Positions 1 to 11,652 of a stretch of 43,801 nt of DNA are shown piece after piece. The notes under the pieces were generated by a model that was not told the origin of the DNA, did no database searches, and was given only the letters and a program-made list of their open reading frames with translations. This DNA comes from Lama guanicoe. Lineage: Eukaryota. The first letter of the stretch is position 1. Each line of letters opens with the position of its first letter. A program made the translations under genes and the position numbers. The stretch lies in the NCBI GenBank assembly GCA_013239625.1, contig MU053482.1:4301922-4345722 (forward strand). The letters are read 5' to 3'.

Positions 1-517
1 CCAGGTCTATCCTCTTCCCTCTGTCCCAACCGACAAAGAGTCCTTGGCCAGACTTTAGTCAGGCTCCTCAGAACCCACTTTCCAACTATGCCTCGACTTT
101 CGGGCTCCCACATTCATCTCTGCATCATTCAATTTTAGCAAGAATCCGGCTAAATCAGTTTAGCTAGATCCCCACTTGCCCCAACCCTCAGTGTCTGATC
201 ACACTCAGTGACTGGTTTCCTCCCCCTCCCCCTCCCCCAGCTGATGTGTCTGGTCACCCTGGCCTGCCTTCAGCAAGAGTCCTGTTAGGTCAGTTTATCC
301 AGAATCCCCTCCTTACCCCTGATGCTCCCTCTCAGTGATTTTCCATCCGCTGACCCCACTTTGCTTCTTGGCTATAAATTCCCACTTGTCTTGTTGTATC
401 TGGAATGGAGCCCAGTTCTATAGAGAGGTCTCTTTTCCCGTATTGCAAGAGTCCTGAATAAAACCTGCTTTCCCACTTTAGCTACTGTCCAGCTCTGTGG
501 CTTTTTTTTTTTTGACA
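1..517 (+). mobile_element. ERV1-class LTR (MER39/MER34/MER21-like), truncated by window start
   Basis: TATA-like GCTATAAAT at 371-379, AATAAA at 457-462, terminal ...TTTGACA at 511-517, internal repeated block (~135-172 and ~271-309). No primer-binding site follows, so solo or 3' LTR. Family recalled, not aligned. Confidence 0.7.
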
Positions 518-619
518 CAACTACGCCCACCTCTGCTGCCCGGAGCTGTGCAGCATTCTCTCTTGCGTGTGCTCCCCATGAGGCTCTCCCAGCAGTCATC
601 ATCTCAGAACCTACTTTCT

Positions 620-980
620 CTATCGTTGTCCAACACAACTCAAATCCTGCCACCGCAATGCTTTAAGATGTAACGTGGCACCCACTGCCCACTGACTTTG
701 CCTTCGAGACCCTTCACAACCTAGGACCAGCCAACCTGCCTGACATTATCTCCTGTCCACCGTCCCCCAATACTGTGACCTCCAGCCATACAGACACATC
801 TGTTCCCCAAACAGCCCACAGTATCTACTAGATATCCTGAATGCTACTGATTTCTTTCTGGATCTCCATCTCTGCATCTTATAAACTCCTAGAGAGCCTG
901 GTACAGAGCAGGCACAGAGTGAAAGTTTAGATCAGATAGGTGGGTACGTAGATGATGGATGGACGGATGGATTGATGGGT
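620..980 (-). mobile_element. L2 LINE 3' fragment, degraded
   Basis: L2-like blocks (CTCCAGCCATACA, GCCTGGTACAGAGCAGGCAC) ending in a GATG-rich tail at ~930-980. Confidence 0.5.
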
Positions 981-1089
981 GAAGAGTCTTTGATCGGCTC
1001 TTGTCATTTTTATCTGATGCCTATCTGGGAGGCAAGCCACCTGATCAGACATTTCCAAACACGAAGGTCACTTGGCCTCTGCTTTAAAC

Positions 1090-1212
1090 TGATGAATATG
1101 AAAGATGAGAATAATAATACCTACAACGTAGGGCTGCTGTGAGGATTAAACGAGAAAGTATTTAGCCCCGTGCCCGACACGTGGCAGGTGCACAATAAAC
1201 GGCAGCCATTGC
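1090..1212 (+). mobile_element. MIR SINE fragment
   Basis: MIR core/3' signature ATAATAATACCTAC...GCTGTGAGGATTAAACGAGA...CACGTGGCAGGTGCACAATAAA. Confidence 0.8.
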
Positions 1213-1552
1213 TGCGGGAACCAGCTCCTACACATAAGCCCCTCTGCCTTCCAATGGGCATGGCCCAGGTGCTCCAGTCTGCCCTAGTTCTGGTTGGGAC
1301 AGACCTTTCCCAAAGTCTGGACTGAAGGTGGAGGGCAGCCACAGATGACCTCCTGGCCTACTTCGTGCAATTGCAGGCTTAGGCGAGGCTCCAGAAAGTG
1401 ATGCAGAGAGCACACAAAGCCAGCTGTGGACGATGAGGCCCAAAGGGACAGGGCGCTCAGGGCGGTTCTCCCTAGCACGGGGCTCTGACTCAGGCCTCTG
1501 CAAAGCTGCCAGGCACACCTCCTGTTCCCATCAAGAAATAAAAATAGAAAAG

Positions 1553-2565
1553 GAAGGCGACCCCTGATATTCCAGGCTACAGGGAAGCTCCTCTCCAATA
1601 CCCATTTGGAAAGGCAGGGGAGTTAAGACAAAGCTTCTCCATGTAACACAAAGGCCTGCATGTCCAAGCTAGGCCTCTAGCCCCGGCTCCCATGCTTCTC
1701 AGTGTCCCCACAGGTCTCCCTGCATCCATATGCTCCCCTCTAGCCCACCTTCCACACGGCACCCAGGGTGAGCAGCATACACATAGATTCCATCCTCCCC
1801 AGCCTACAATCCATTCAGTGGAGGCTCCCTATTGCTTTCCAGAGAAGGTCCAGACTCCTTGGTATGGCATTCGAGGCCTTTCACAGCCCTGCCAGCCTCT
1901 CACCTAGCCCCACATGCTCTGTCTGCCATTCCTGGGATACACCATGTTCGCTCACATTTGCAGGCATCTGTGTGTGCTCTCTCTGCCTGGAGCACCCAGA
2001 GTTGCTCAGCAAGGAGGTGGCAGAGCCAGGACTCCAGGCCTTTTCTTCTGACTCTGAATTCCATGCTCCTTGGGTGGGAAGGGCTTGGGGATGCCAGAAC
2101 AGCCCAGCCTCGTGGTGCTGAGAGGCCAGGACAAACCTTTTCTATTTCTCACATCCCAGATTCTCTGAATTTGCCCTCATTACAAATCGCTGTGTGACAC
2201 TGTGAGCACCTAGTCGGTGGTTACCCAAATAAAGTCAGCACAGGCTGCAACCTGCATCTCCAAGGGTCCTAAAAGTTCGGCTGCAAAAGGGAACACGAGC
2301 TGACATTCCCAATTAACTTTGTTCTTACCCTCAGGCACTGTGTACTGCATGGCACACCCTTGTGGAACTGCACAGGCAGGAGTCCAAGGAGTGAAGGCAG
2401 ACCCTGGTATCCCAGGCAGCAAGGAAGCACCTCTCCAACACCCATTTGGGAAGGCACCGAGAGCTAAGACAAAACTGCTCCATCCAACACAAAGACTTTT
2501 GCCCCAGCTAGCTCTCCGGTCCCTGCCGCCCTGCTCACAGGAACCTCTCTGCAGTCTCCCTCTGA
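1553..2565 (+). repeat. Diverged local direct duplication (copy A ~1553-1725, copy B ~2393-2565)
   Basis: CCTCTCCAATACCCATTTGGAAAGGCA...TAAGACAAAGCTTCTCCAT..AACACAAAG versus CCTCTCCAACACCCATTTGGGAAGGCA...TAAGACAAAACTGCTCCAT..AACACAAAG; about 80% identity over the ~95-bp core by eye. Confidence 0.85.
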
Positions 2566-2984
2566 CATCTGGACTTTCTGGGGGCCCTGGGATAGGGACC
2601 TCCCCATTTGTCAGCAGGAGGGCCTCTGAAGGCCTCCTGGCCATGTGCTCAAAACCATCACTCTCCTCCATCAATAATGATTCTGCGTATCCAAACACTT
2701 TTTGAATCACAATAAGCGTCAGGCACACAAGAGTAAACACATATACAACTTATTGCCTTTCCCAGCTCAACAAACTCCACTTTTGCATGCTAAGTCTCCT
2801 ATTCAAGGCAGTACCTGTAAATTCAATAAATAGATCTCTATGCGGAGACCAGAAGATTCAATACAAATACAAAATCTTTTCTGCTGAACACAATAGATGT
2901 TTCATCTATACCCTCAGTCATAATAATGTACTTCATATTAGCTGTTAAGGCAGAAGCCATTAGTTAGAACACCCAAATTACGGC

Positions 2985-3408
2985 TGAGCACATGACTGCC
3001 CAGAAGAAAAACTACATTTCCCAGCTCCCCTTAAAGCTAGGTGTGCCCATGCAACTATATTCTGGACAATAGGATGTAGGGGGAAATGGATGGTATGTGT
3101 GAATTACAGGAATTATCCTTAAAAAAAAAAAGTGCCCTTCTCCCCTCTTTTTCCTGCTGGCTGGAATGCACATATAATGCCTGGAGCTGGAGCAGCCATT
3201 TTGGACCACAAAGTGGAAGGCTCATGTTGAGGATGACAGCAACAAGCTAAAAAGAGCCTAGGCCCCCAATACTGGAGTAGGCAGACCAGCCCCAGACTGC
3301 TAAACTCCAGACTTTAAATGTAAGAGAGAAACACACTTCTATCCTGCCTAATCCACCGTTACACTGAGTTTTCCGTCAACTCACTGCTAAACTTAATTCT
3401 AATTGATA
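2985..3408 (+). mobile_element. MaLR LTR (old MLT1 subfamily, H-K-like)
   Basis: ACTACATTTCCCAGCTCCCCTT...CTAGGTGTGCCCATG...TTCTGGACAATAGGATG...GGAGCAGCCATTTTGGACCA...CTCCAGACTTT...GAGAGAAA blocks; 5' boundary uncertain. Confidence 0.75.
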
Positions 3409-4658
3409 TGGCACGTGACCTAAAAAGGCTTGGTTTGCTTTTCTAGGCATTTTCCTCTGCATCAGTGCCAAACACTGCAGGTGGGACCACTGCGTCCCAC
3501 ATGCTTGGGCTTCTCTAAGGGGCTGCTTCGATCTAAATGGAATATGCGATCCCAGACCTTAGCCAGAACTTGGCATTGGCAAAGGTTCCCTTGGCTCTTG
3601 TGGTTTCTTCTCCACTCTTCCAATAGCCCTGACCTCCTAGTTTGATAAGCACTGGCCAGTTTTTCTCGCCCACATACTTTCCCATTATTCCCAGTTCCTC
3701 CTCCACGTTGCATACAGGTAGTGTTCATTTCACGTGCGGTTTCCAGGTGACTAGCTTCTTGGGACTGTTCTGGCTACAAATCTAGTGGCTGGGCTGGGAC
3801 CCTAAACATTGCCCCTTCCCTGGCTTCACCCTGTAAGAGAACCTAGCCCACACAAGTATATCCTACAGACTCACCTCCTTCAGTCTACCCCGAAGCATGA
3901 TGGGGAAACCTTCTCAGAGAGCCTAGCTGCCAGTCAGGCCTAATCTAGCCACAGGAGTCAGCCAGGGAGGAGGAAAGCTCATGTAATGTGGGGGTAGAGG
4001 CCACTGAAATGGCAGGCTTGGCTTCCAGGATAGGACTCCAGTGGCAGCCACAGAGAGCAAGGAATCAACCAGCATTACAGAGTCACAAACCAGTGTGCCA
4101 TAGGGAAGACCCAGAAGCAAGGAGCCTTCAGTTCTCAGCCCCTGGGGGGAGTAGATACAGGTAGTCCTGGCCCAGGTGGGACACAAGCTACAGTGTCTAT
4201 ACCTCCTTGAGCTCTAGTCTCCTGGATGAGCAGGTTGATGGTATCCCTTCCCCAGAGGCCTACATGCTTGGGTTCTCTCAAAGGAAGACATAGGGGACTT
4301 CGAGGCAGTCCCATTCTCATGACTTTCCAATGGGACACGTTGAGTTTTGACACCCTGCCATCAGGGGACCCTGACCAACCCTTGTGCCACGTAGGGCCCT
4401 GAGCTGAGCAATCCCCAAGCCCCTGCCTTGTCACACCTCCACTCGGCTCTTCTAAAAACTCTCTCCTACTCTTTCCCTCTCCTTGCTTTTCTCTCCCCAT
4501 CCCCTGCCCCCCACCCCTCAATTTGGCCATAACTTACCGATAAAGCATTTCTGACATTTCACTACAGCCTCAGATTCCAGGCGCACAAGATACTTCATGA
4601 CACGAGCGAGAAGGACCACAGGAGTCCTGCGTACTACATGGGAGTGAGCGGTCTAGAG

Positions 4659-4853
4659 CAGAGCTGTCTGAGAGAACATTCTGTGACAGAGATGCTACAT
4701 TCCTACACTGCACAAGGCAGCAGCCCCCAGCCACATGTGGCTTCTGAGCACTTGAAATTCTGCTAGTGCAACTGAGGAACTGAATTTTAATTTTACTTAA
4801 TTTAAATTCACACAGCCACATGTGGCTAGTGGCCGCCATCCTGAGTACTGAAG
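4659..4853 (+). mobile_element. MER3-type hAT-Charlie MITE
   Basis: Two AGCCACATGTGGCT motifs and GAGGAACTGAATTTTAATTTT; flanked by 8-bp TSD GTCTAGAG (4651-4658) / GTCTGGAG (4854-4861). Confidence 0.85.
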
Positions 4854-5049
4854 GTCTGGAGGAGTTAGACAAATAAGAGAATAGTTTCCCGAACATGGAA
4901 AAAAATGGTTATTAATTGTGATAAGCACCATGAAGGGAACAAACAGCATGTAGTGAGGATGTGTAATGGGGGATTTAAACTTTCCTGGGGCTCAGGGAAT
5001 ATTTCTCTGAAGCAGTCACATTTTAGTGGGTGACCCAACTATTGACGCA

Positions 5050-5141
5050 AAAACAAAACTCCATACAGGAAAAAAAAAAGACCCTAAAAGGAAAGATGCC
5101 AAAAATCTTTTTCAAACGCTTTGTAACGAATTCATTTTATT
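5050..5141 (-). terminator. Polyadenylation signal and downstream U/GU-rich element of minus-strand gene
   Basis: AATAAA on minus strand at 5136-5141, followed on minus by TTTTTGGCATCTTTCCTTTT...TTTTTTTTTT...GTTTTGTTTTTG; predicted cleavage near 5115-5122. Confidence 0.65.
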
Positions 5142-5518
5142 TATATGAAGAATAAGCTTTTTTTAAGTGGGTCAGCTCAACACTATATATTTCTCTCTAA
5201 GGAAAAGTAAACTAAATAAAGTTGCTGTCTATTTATATGTAGGCCAAACTTGATTTTTTTTCCCCCTTATGCAACAGAGTCTGTCAGAGAACCAAGTGTT
5301 CCCCAGCCCATCCTGGAGCAAAGGGGGACAAGCTGGCTTCAGGACCACTGCCTTAGCCACACGCCTTGCCTCCCACCATTAGAGCCATGAGGGCCTGAGG
5401 TCATCACCAAGGCCCTACCCCACTCGGATTCACCAAGCCCGGAAATTTCCAAAACCTTTGACTTCCAGGCTTCCCTAGAATAAAGATGCCCTGGCCTCGC
5501 CTGGGAGGCCACTACAGC
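5115..5518 (-). other. Putative 3' UTR of unidentified minus-strand gene
   Basis: Repeat-free ~400 nt between the stop codon and AATAAA, becoming AU-rich distally. Confidence 0.55.
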
Positions 5519-5616
5519 TCATCCGCCGTGGTGAGGAGAGAGCAGGCTGACGTTCTGGAAAAGTTGGCGAATGTAGTTGCCGGGAGAGCTGCCCAGGTAA
5601 CTGTTCATTTCCTGGA
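5519..5616 (-). CDS. Putative terminal coding exon, (x)QEMNSYLGSSPGNYIRQLFQNVSLLSPHHGG*; gene not recognised
   Basis: Acceptor cacttccttttcttaatgttatttcag| at 5617; this frame has typical mammalian codons (CTG, GGC, AGC, AAC, TAC, CGC, TTC, GTC) and locally retained CpGs; TGA at 5519-5521; poly(A) signal downstream. Reading frame is inferred. Confidence 0.6.
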
Positions 5617-6646
5617 CTGAAATAACATTAAGAAAAGGAAGTGACATATTACAAATGCCTTCACTAAAAAGAAAGAAAAGGAGAGAGCAGCCAGGGGCAT
5701 CTGGAGGCTCCTGTCTTCTCCCAGGAGGCAGGAAGTCAGGCTTCTGCCCTTCCAGGGGTTTCTAGGCAGCGAGCCATGTCACATGTCACTAGCCTCCCTT
5801 GCCTCCCAGGACCAGACTGTGGCCAGGAGCCTAGGACCTTGAGAAAGTTAGTCATCCCCTGTTGGCCCCATAACTCTTGGTTCAGGCACTCACAGTAACA
5901 GCTGCCATGCTGTATTCACGTACGTTCACGCTTCCACCACCTCGGAGAGGCCAGAAGCTTCCAGAGGCCAAACACTAGTTCGTCCCTCCCAGCATCCCAG
6001 AGCCCAGCTCGGGGCCTGGCGGAGAGTACATGTGAGCAGACGAGAGCTGAACCGATGAAAACAGCGTATGCGCAGCCCAGTGTTCAGTCCCAGCCAGCCT
6101 ACTACAGACTGCGAGACCGGGGCAAGGCGCTTAGCCTCAGAGAGCCTCAAAGTTGGCAGTAAGTGTGAGGAGGCATGTGAGGCCCAGCCTGGAGCCCGAC
6201 TCCCAGTTAGGGTTCAAAAGGCAGGGGATTTTTGTGGACAGAGTGGAGGGAGATGAGACCTTGCTAAGCACAGAGCAATTCCCAGAGACTCCTCACCTTG
6301 ACTTAAAAAACTGGTCTTTGGTCAGAGGCTGGACCCAACATTACAGCTTCTCCACGATTTTGCTGGCTTTTCACAGGGAGGATAAGAACCTCCCTGATTA
6401 AATAACCAAGTACTGGCCTCACTTATCTACCGGCCTCTGCCCCACTCCCAGTCTCTGATGCCTCACCCGCATTCCTGAGCCACTCCAGAGATCAGCAGTT
6501 TTCCAGGAGTCACAGCTTCTCGTCCCAAGGGGCCCTCGGGGCAGACATCACTAGCAATCCCAAAGCCCTGGACAGCTCTGGGTACCCGGGTTTACCCCCC
6601 AGTCACAGCTCTGTGCTTTACCAACTTGTATTAGTTTAGTGTAGAC

Positions 6647-6842
6647 CAGCAGTTCTCCAGCTGTTGACCCAGGGCCAGCTGCATCAGCATTTCGGGGGAT
6701 CCTGTTAGATATGTAGACTCTAGGGCCCCACCCTCCTCCACATCAACTGAACCACAAACTCTGGGAAGTGGGGCTCAGACAGCTGCATTTTAACAAGCCA
6801 CCAAGGGATTCTGGTAGATTCTTAAATTTGAAAACCACCCTG
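6647..6842 (+). mobile_element. MER5A hAT-Charlie element
   Basis: CAGCAGTTCTCCA...GCATCAGCAT...GGGCCCCACCC...CTGCATTTTAACAAGC...TTTGAAAACCAC. Confidence 0.85.
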
Positions 6843-8549
6843 AAGTTCTGACTGGTCCCCCTTTCTTTACCACACCTCTTTCCGTTCCCAGATTTGGGTC
6901 TTCCTCCTAGGCCCCAGCCAGGGCCGGCACTGAGGCCCTGAGCAGACTTCCCCACCTGCTTCCTGAATCTCAGGGTGGCCCCATCTGTGTATAGATTGCC
7001 TTCCTGACCCAGCACCCAGAGCCAGCCTCTACTGGAATCAAGACATTGCCCAGCCAGCAGTGCTGCCCCTCTAAAGCCCACCTCCACAGCCCCAGGGCCT
7101 GGACAGAGCCACCAGAATCCCACAGGCCAGAGGGAATCCACAGAGGGGGCAGGAGGGAGAACGCAGGAATAGGAAATTCATTGTAAGGAGAAAAGACAGA
7201 GACCCATGGAAGACCCTGAGCAGAGCAGAAGGGAGAGCTGTGGAGAGGACTGCGGAGCACCAAGCTCCCCGCACTGTCCCCAGGCTCCCCAGGCCCTGCT
7301 AACCAGCTGCCCCCTCCTGAGCCCTGTGGAGCGGTCCTCCTTTTAAGTTTCACTGTCTGCTGAGCTGCAGTCACTCACTACTGGGTGCCAAGGTCATCTG
7401 CCACGCCCCTGACGGCAAGTCCACAAATGTGGCCCAGAAATCCACTCAACTCCTAGAAAATGCATGGGCACAGCCTTAAGGGAGCACTGGAGAATTTGCA
7501 GTACAAGACACAGACGCTTCCCGCTCGGCCTTGTCTGATCCTTTTGTAATTGTACATTGATTACCTCTCTCCCTCTGGACTGTTGGCCTCTGCTCAGCAC
7601 TTCATAACTATGAATGGATCCACTCGTTAAGGCCAGGGGAACGGTTCTTCTGGGTCACTACCCTTCCACTGATACTGACATAGCCCCCCTCTCTGCTCGG
7701 GGGACGGAACCCTGGAACCCCTGCAAACTCGCTATGACAGCAGTATCTCCCCTTCCTGCCCTAGGCCCTGCCTTGGATATCTCCCCATTTGGCTTGCTCC
7801 CCTCTGCCCCAACCCACCCCAAAACGCCATCCCAATGGCCTCCTCGGCCCTGGCTCTTTTCCAAGAGCAGCTGGGTTCAGGAAGAAGCACAACCACTGTG
7901 AGGAGAGGGGGCCACAGGGATGGGGGGGGCATCCACCAGTGGAGGAGAGGACAGTTAAGACTCAGGGGTCTGAAATGTCTCAGGGAACACCTATAATCTG
8001 TGCCTCCAGTGTTTCCCAATGTGCCTTCTGTACAAGACACTATCTGCAGCCATTAGCAGGGGGTATGTGGGGGAAAAAAGGGCGGGGAGGGAACACCTCT
8101 GTGATCAAATGCATTTGGGACACCTTAGAAGTGAACCAGGCTTTCTTACTACAAGGTGTCATAGAGCCTTGAGTGTGGTAATATATTTAGTTCATTCACA
8201 AAGAAAGATTTTCAAGTGCATTTATTCACAGCGTTCTGTTGCATGGTCCTGGCACAGAACTAGTGTTCTGTGGGACACAGCTTTGGGAACTGGAGCTCTC
8301 TCAGCAGTTGGGTTGTAAGAGTGTGTCTGATTCCCTCACGTGGCTTATTCGGTTCCATCCATCCCGCAGACACCCTATATGTGGAAGACGTTCATGGAGA
8401 GGGAACTGCAGCCAGATTGGAGGCCTGTGAGGTCCATGGTCCCCAAGCAGAGGGTGAGGGGACTGGAAGGAGCAAACAGGGAGGGGTGAGCAGCAGGGCT
8501 GGCCCTGAACTACCTGCTGGTCAGAAGTCTGTCATCCTTCAACCTCCTC

Positions 8550-8705
8550 CTGCAGGCACCTTCCCAGGCACTTGGAAATCATGGTCCCGTTAAGTCCTAC
8601 CAACAACCCAGGTGATGTGTGTATCATTACTGCCATTTTACAGATGTGGAAACTGAGACTCAAAGATGCTAACAGACCAGCAGGATTTGAACTAAGATTC
8701 CCAGT
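8550..8705 (-). mobile_element. MIR SINE fragment
   Basis: CAACAACCC...CCATTTTACAGATGTGGAAACTGAGACTCA...GGATTTGAAC. Confidence 0.8.
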
Positions 8706-9484
8706 GATGAGTACTACTAAGGACCCTAAGAGGAACCCTGGCTACCTGGAAACAGGCAGAGGGCAGAGTCCAGTGGTTACATTCTGTCCACCCCCTGCCC
8801 ACCACCACCATCTACACCAGTGAAGATGCTAAGGACCCTGCCCTCTCTGGCAGCCAGCAGGCTGTGGGGGCCTCTTTTATCAGATCTAACTTGTAAGCAT
8901 TTTCCTGACATGGTGTAGACATTTGCCAGGAATAGGGTTCTTATCTTCCCCAAATCCAGCTTAATCCATGTTCCAGTGCTTAGAAGAGTCAGACCACAAG
9001 AGCATCGTCCCTGGAGTGGGCAAGCATCAGCATGTGGAAAGACAGGTCTGGTGAGCATCCCCTGTGACAATATTTGCCTGGGCTCTGGTTTCTCACTGAA
9101 ACCTGCTCTGTTTGTTTAGGGGAAATCCAATTATTCTCTGCAAAGTATTCCCTACACCCCTTAATTTCCAACAGATTTACTCCTGTGCATGACAAATCCT
9201 GCAGCTCTGAACACATTCAGGCAGACCTTTCCCAACCTCCCAGAGGCCCTGTAGTCCCACAAGGAAGACAGGGAAGCAGGGGAGAGGACACTTCTGGTGC
9301 CAGAGGGAGGAGAGGGTTCACAGTTCTCTGGAGACTCCAAAGACAAGCAGCCTTTTGCGTCATTTGTCCCATCCCACAAACTTTGATTCGGCACCCACTC
9401 TTTGCCGTTGAAAGATTTCAGAAGCTCCCCTAGTCAATAAAACGTGCCTGTCTCATGGGGTCTTTGTTTACAAGGGAATGGAAT

Positions 9485-9640
9485 TTGAGCTACTGCTCGT
9501 GAGCACCAGCTACATGACGCAGTTTTATGTCACTGAATCTTTACTACAGTATCATAGGGTGGGAAGAGTATCCCCATTTTCTCGAGGGGAGATTGAAGCC
9601 CAGGGAAGTTAAATTACTAGTAAAAGGTCTATAGCCACGC
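9485..9640 (-). mobile_element. MIR SINE fragment
   Basis: TATCCCCATTTT...GAAGCCCAGGGAAGTTAAAT core match. Confidence 0.6.
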
Positions 9641-10029
9641 TGCCATGTCACCAGAAGCCAGCCTCTCTCCTCCTTCCCATGCTGTCTTCCTAGGCTTTAA
9701 CAGGTTTAAAAGCACCAGACAGCCTCACCTAGGATAGCTCCCATCGTGAGTCACGTTCAGAAAGGTCCTGCCTTAGCACCAGCTATGATGGTGGCACCCG
9801 GGACAGAGCGGAGGCCCCAGCCAGCTTTTCGGGATGCCAGGGCTCCCCATGGTGTGGGTATAGGTTTGGCTGCCCCACAGCTGAGCCTGCAGCTGGGAGC
9901 CACTGGATCGTAAAACCCACGGTCCAGACTCTAATCTGCTGCCAAGCACTGAACAACCACAGGTAAGGGAAAGATGCCCCCTCTTCCCCATCTAAAACAT
10001 GAGCTTCCTTCCTCCCATGACTCTTTCTC

Positions 10030-10206
10030 TTCCACTGGCTTATCACTGCTTCATTACGTATCTACATGTCTAATTCTTTTGAGTCCATGACCACCATGGA
10101 AACAATTTGATTTTCACTCCAGTTCATATAGTATCTACAGGGCTAGCACATGCCTGGCACACGGAAAGCTTTCAATAACTATTTGTTGAATGAATACATA
10201 AATAGA
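10030..10206 (-). mobile_element. L2 LINE 3' end
   Basis: GCTAGCACATGCCTGGCACACGG...CAATAACTATTTGTTGAATGAAT terminus. Confidence 0.75.
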
Positions 10207-10508
10207 ATCCCAAGGTGGTCCAAGAAGATTCAGGATGGTACTTGGCTACCTAAACAAGGCACATCTCCTGCCCTGGATGAATTCAGGGCACTACAAGAGC
10301 TTGCCAGTGAATGACCAGACCCACTGTAATGATCTTTAATGAGTCATGGAGAATAGAAGTCAAGAGATTAGCACCAAGCATCCTACAGCTTCAGTTTCTA
10401 AGGAGAGAAAGTAAGTAGATTTTAAACTACAGAACTGTGGTGGTACCCATGAAAGATTCTAGGAGAATTACACCAGGGATAATGTGAGCGCTAGGAGCCT
10501 GGATGGCC

Positions 10509-10959
10509 TGCTACACTGAGTTGAACAATGCCCCCCCAAATTCATGTCCATCCAGAACTTCAGAATGTAACTTTATTTGGAAATCAGGTCTTCGCAGATG
10601 TAATTAGTTAAGACAAGGTCATACTGGGTTAGGGTGAGCCTTAATCCAATGACTGATGCCTTTATAAGATGAGAAAACAGAGATGCAGAGACACATGGGG
10701 AAGGTGACGTGAAGATGGAGGTAGAGATTGCAGTGGTGCATCTACAAGCCGAAGAACAGCAAGGATTGCTGACAACCACCAGAAGCGAAGAAGAAGCCAG
10801 GAAGGACTCTCCTCTGGACTCTTCAGAGGGAGCAAGGCCCTACTGAACACCTTGGTTTTGGACTTCTAGCCTCCAGAACTACAGGAGAATAAATTTCTAT
10901 TATGTTAAGTCACCCACTCTGTGGTACCTTGTTACAACACCCCTAAAAATCTCATATAC
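10509..10959 (+). mobile_element. MaLR solo LTR (MLT1C/B-like), near full length
   Basis: CCCCCAAATTCATGTCCA...CAGAATGT..CTTTATTTGGAAA...GCAGATGTAATTAGTTAAG...GGACTTCTAGCCTCCAGAACT...GAATAAATTTCT...GTTAAG. Confidence 0.9.
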
Positions 10960-11559
10960 CCACCAAGGACACATTCTGTCAGATTTATCTCATTTCCTTA
11001 GCAGAATGACTAGAGCAGCAAGGCAATGGTGAAGGCTTCTGGCAAGCGTTCCTTGGCTGGAGACTCCTCAGATTGGGGATAGACCCCATGGTAAGATGGG
11101 ACAGCCTGGTTGGGGAGGAACCTCTACTGGACCAGGTGGACTTTCTCAAAGAAATGACCTCTTCTCCAGAGAATTCCAGCATATAACAGAAAAGGCTAAA
11201 ATCTGGGAGAACGCCAAGGAGGATCACCCGGTTTGCTTTCTTATTTCCTTATAGCCTATATCTAAATCAACACCAGAAATCAGCAGACCGTCAGTACCAA
11301 GCTTAAGGATAAGGCAAATCAATCACATGGAGTTGATAGGACCTGAAAGGTCACCTTCTTTAAAGACTTCAGGGTTTAAGGGAGGTAACTGGGGCCCAGA
11401 GAAGGGAATGGCATTAGTTGCCCAAGGACACATAATAAGACAGAGGCAGAATGAAGCCAGGATTCCTGCTCTCATGCAGTTGGGGTAAATATAAGGAGCA
11501 AAGGTGAAACTCCATCACATGGTTAAGAAGTCAGCTGTCAAGGCCAAGAAGTGTACATG

Positions 11560-11652
11560 CAGGTGCTAAAACTCTAGGGGATGCCATTCACACTGTCATT
11601 TGCCCCTAGAATTGTGCAGTACATAGCCTGCACCCCACACAGGGCAGCCCTC
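11560..11652 (-). mobile_element. MER91-like hAT-Tip100 fragment
   Basis: TTGTGCAGTACATAGCCTGCAC...GGGCAGCCCT end motif. Confidence 0.5.

Noticed and set aside
2210..2740. 176-aa minus-strand ORF sharing FPNGxWRGASL with ORF 1577-1762
   Set aside because: The shared peptide reflects the DNA duplication; no evidence of coding function.
5486..5596. Plus-strand ORF MPWPRLGGHYSSSAVVRREQADVLEKLANVVAGRAAQ ending at a donor-like CAG|gtaact
   Set aside because: Most simply the antisense shadow of the minus-strand exon; splice and poly(A) signals favour the minus strand.
5512..5616. In-frame TGA after SRK followed by an open stretch ending ...TTADEL* (selenocysteine or readthrough giving a KDEL-like ER signal)
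   Set aside because: TGA context is not the TGA-CTAG readthrough motif, no SECIS was evident in the UTR, and codon bias favours another frame.
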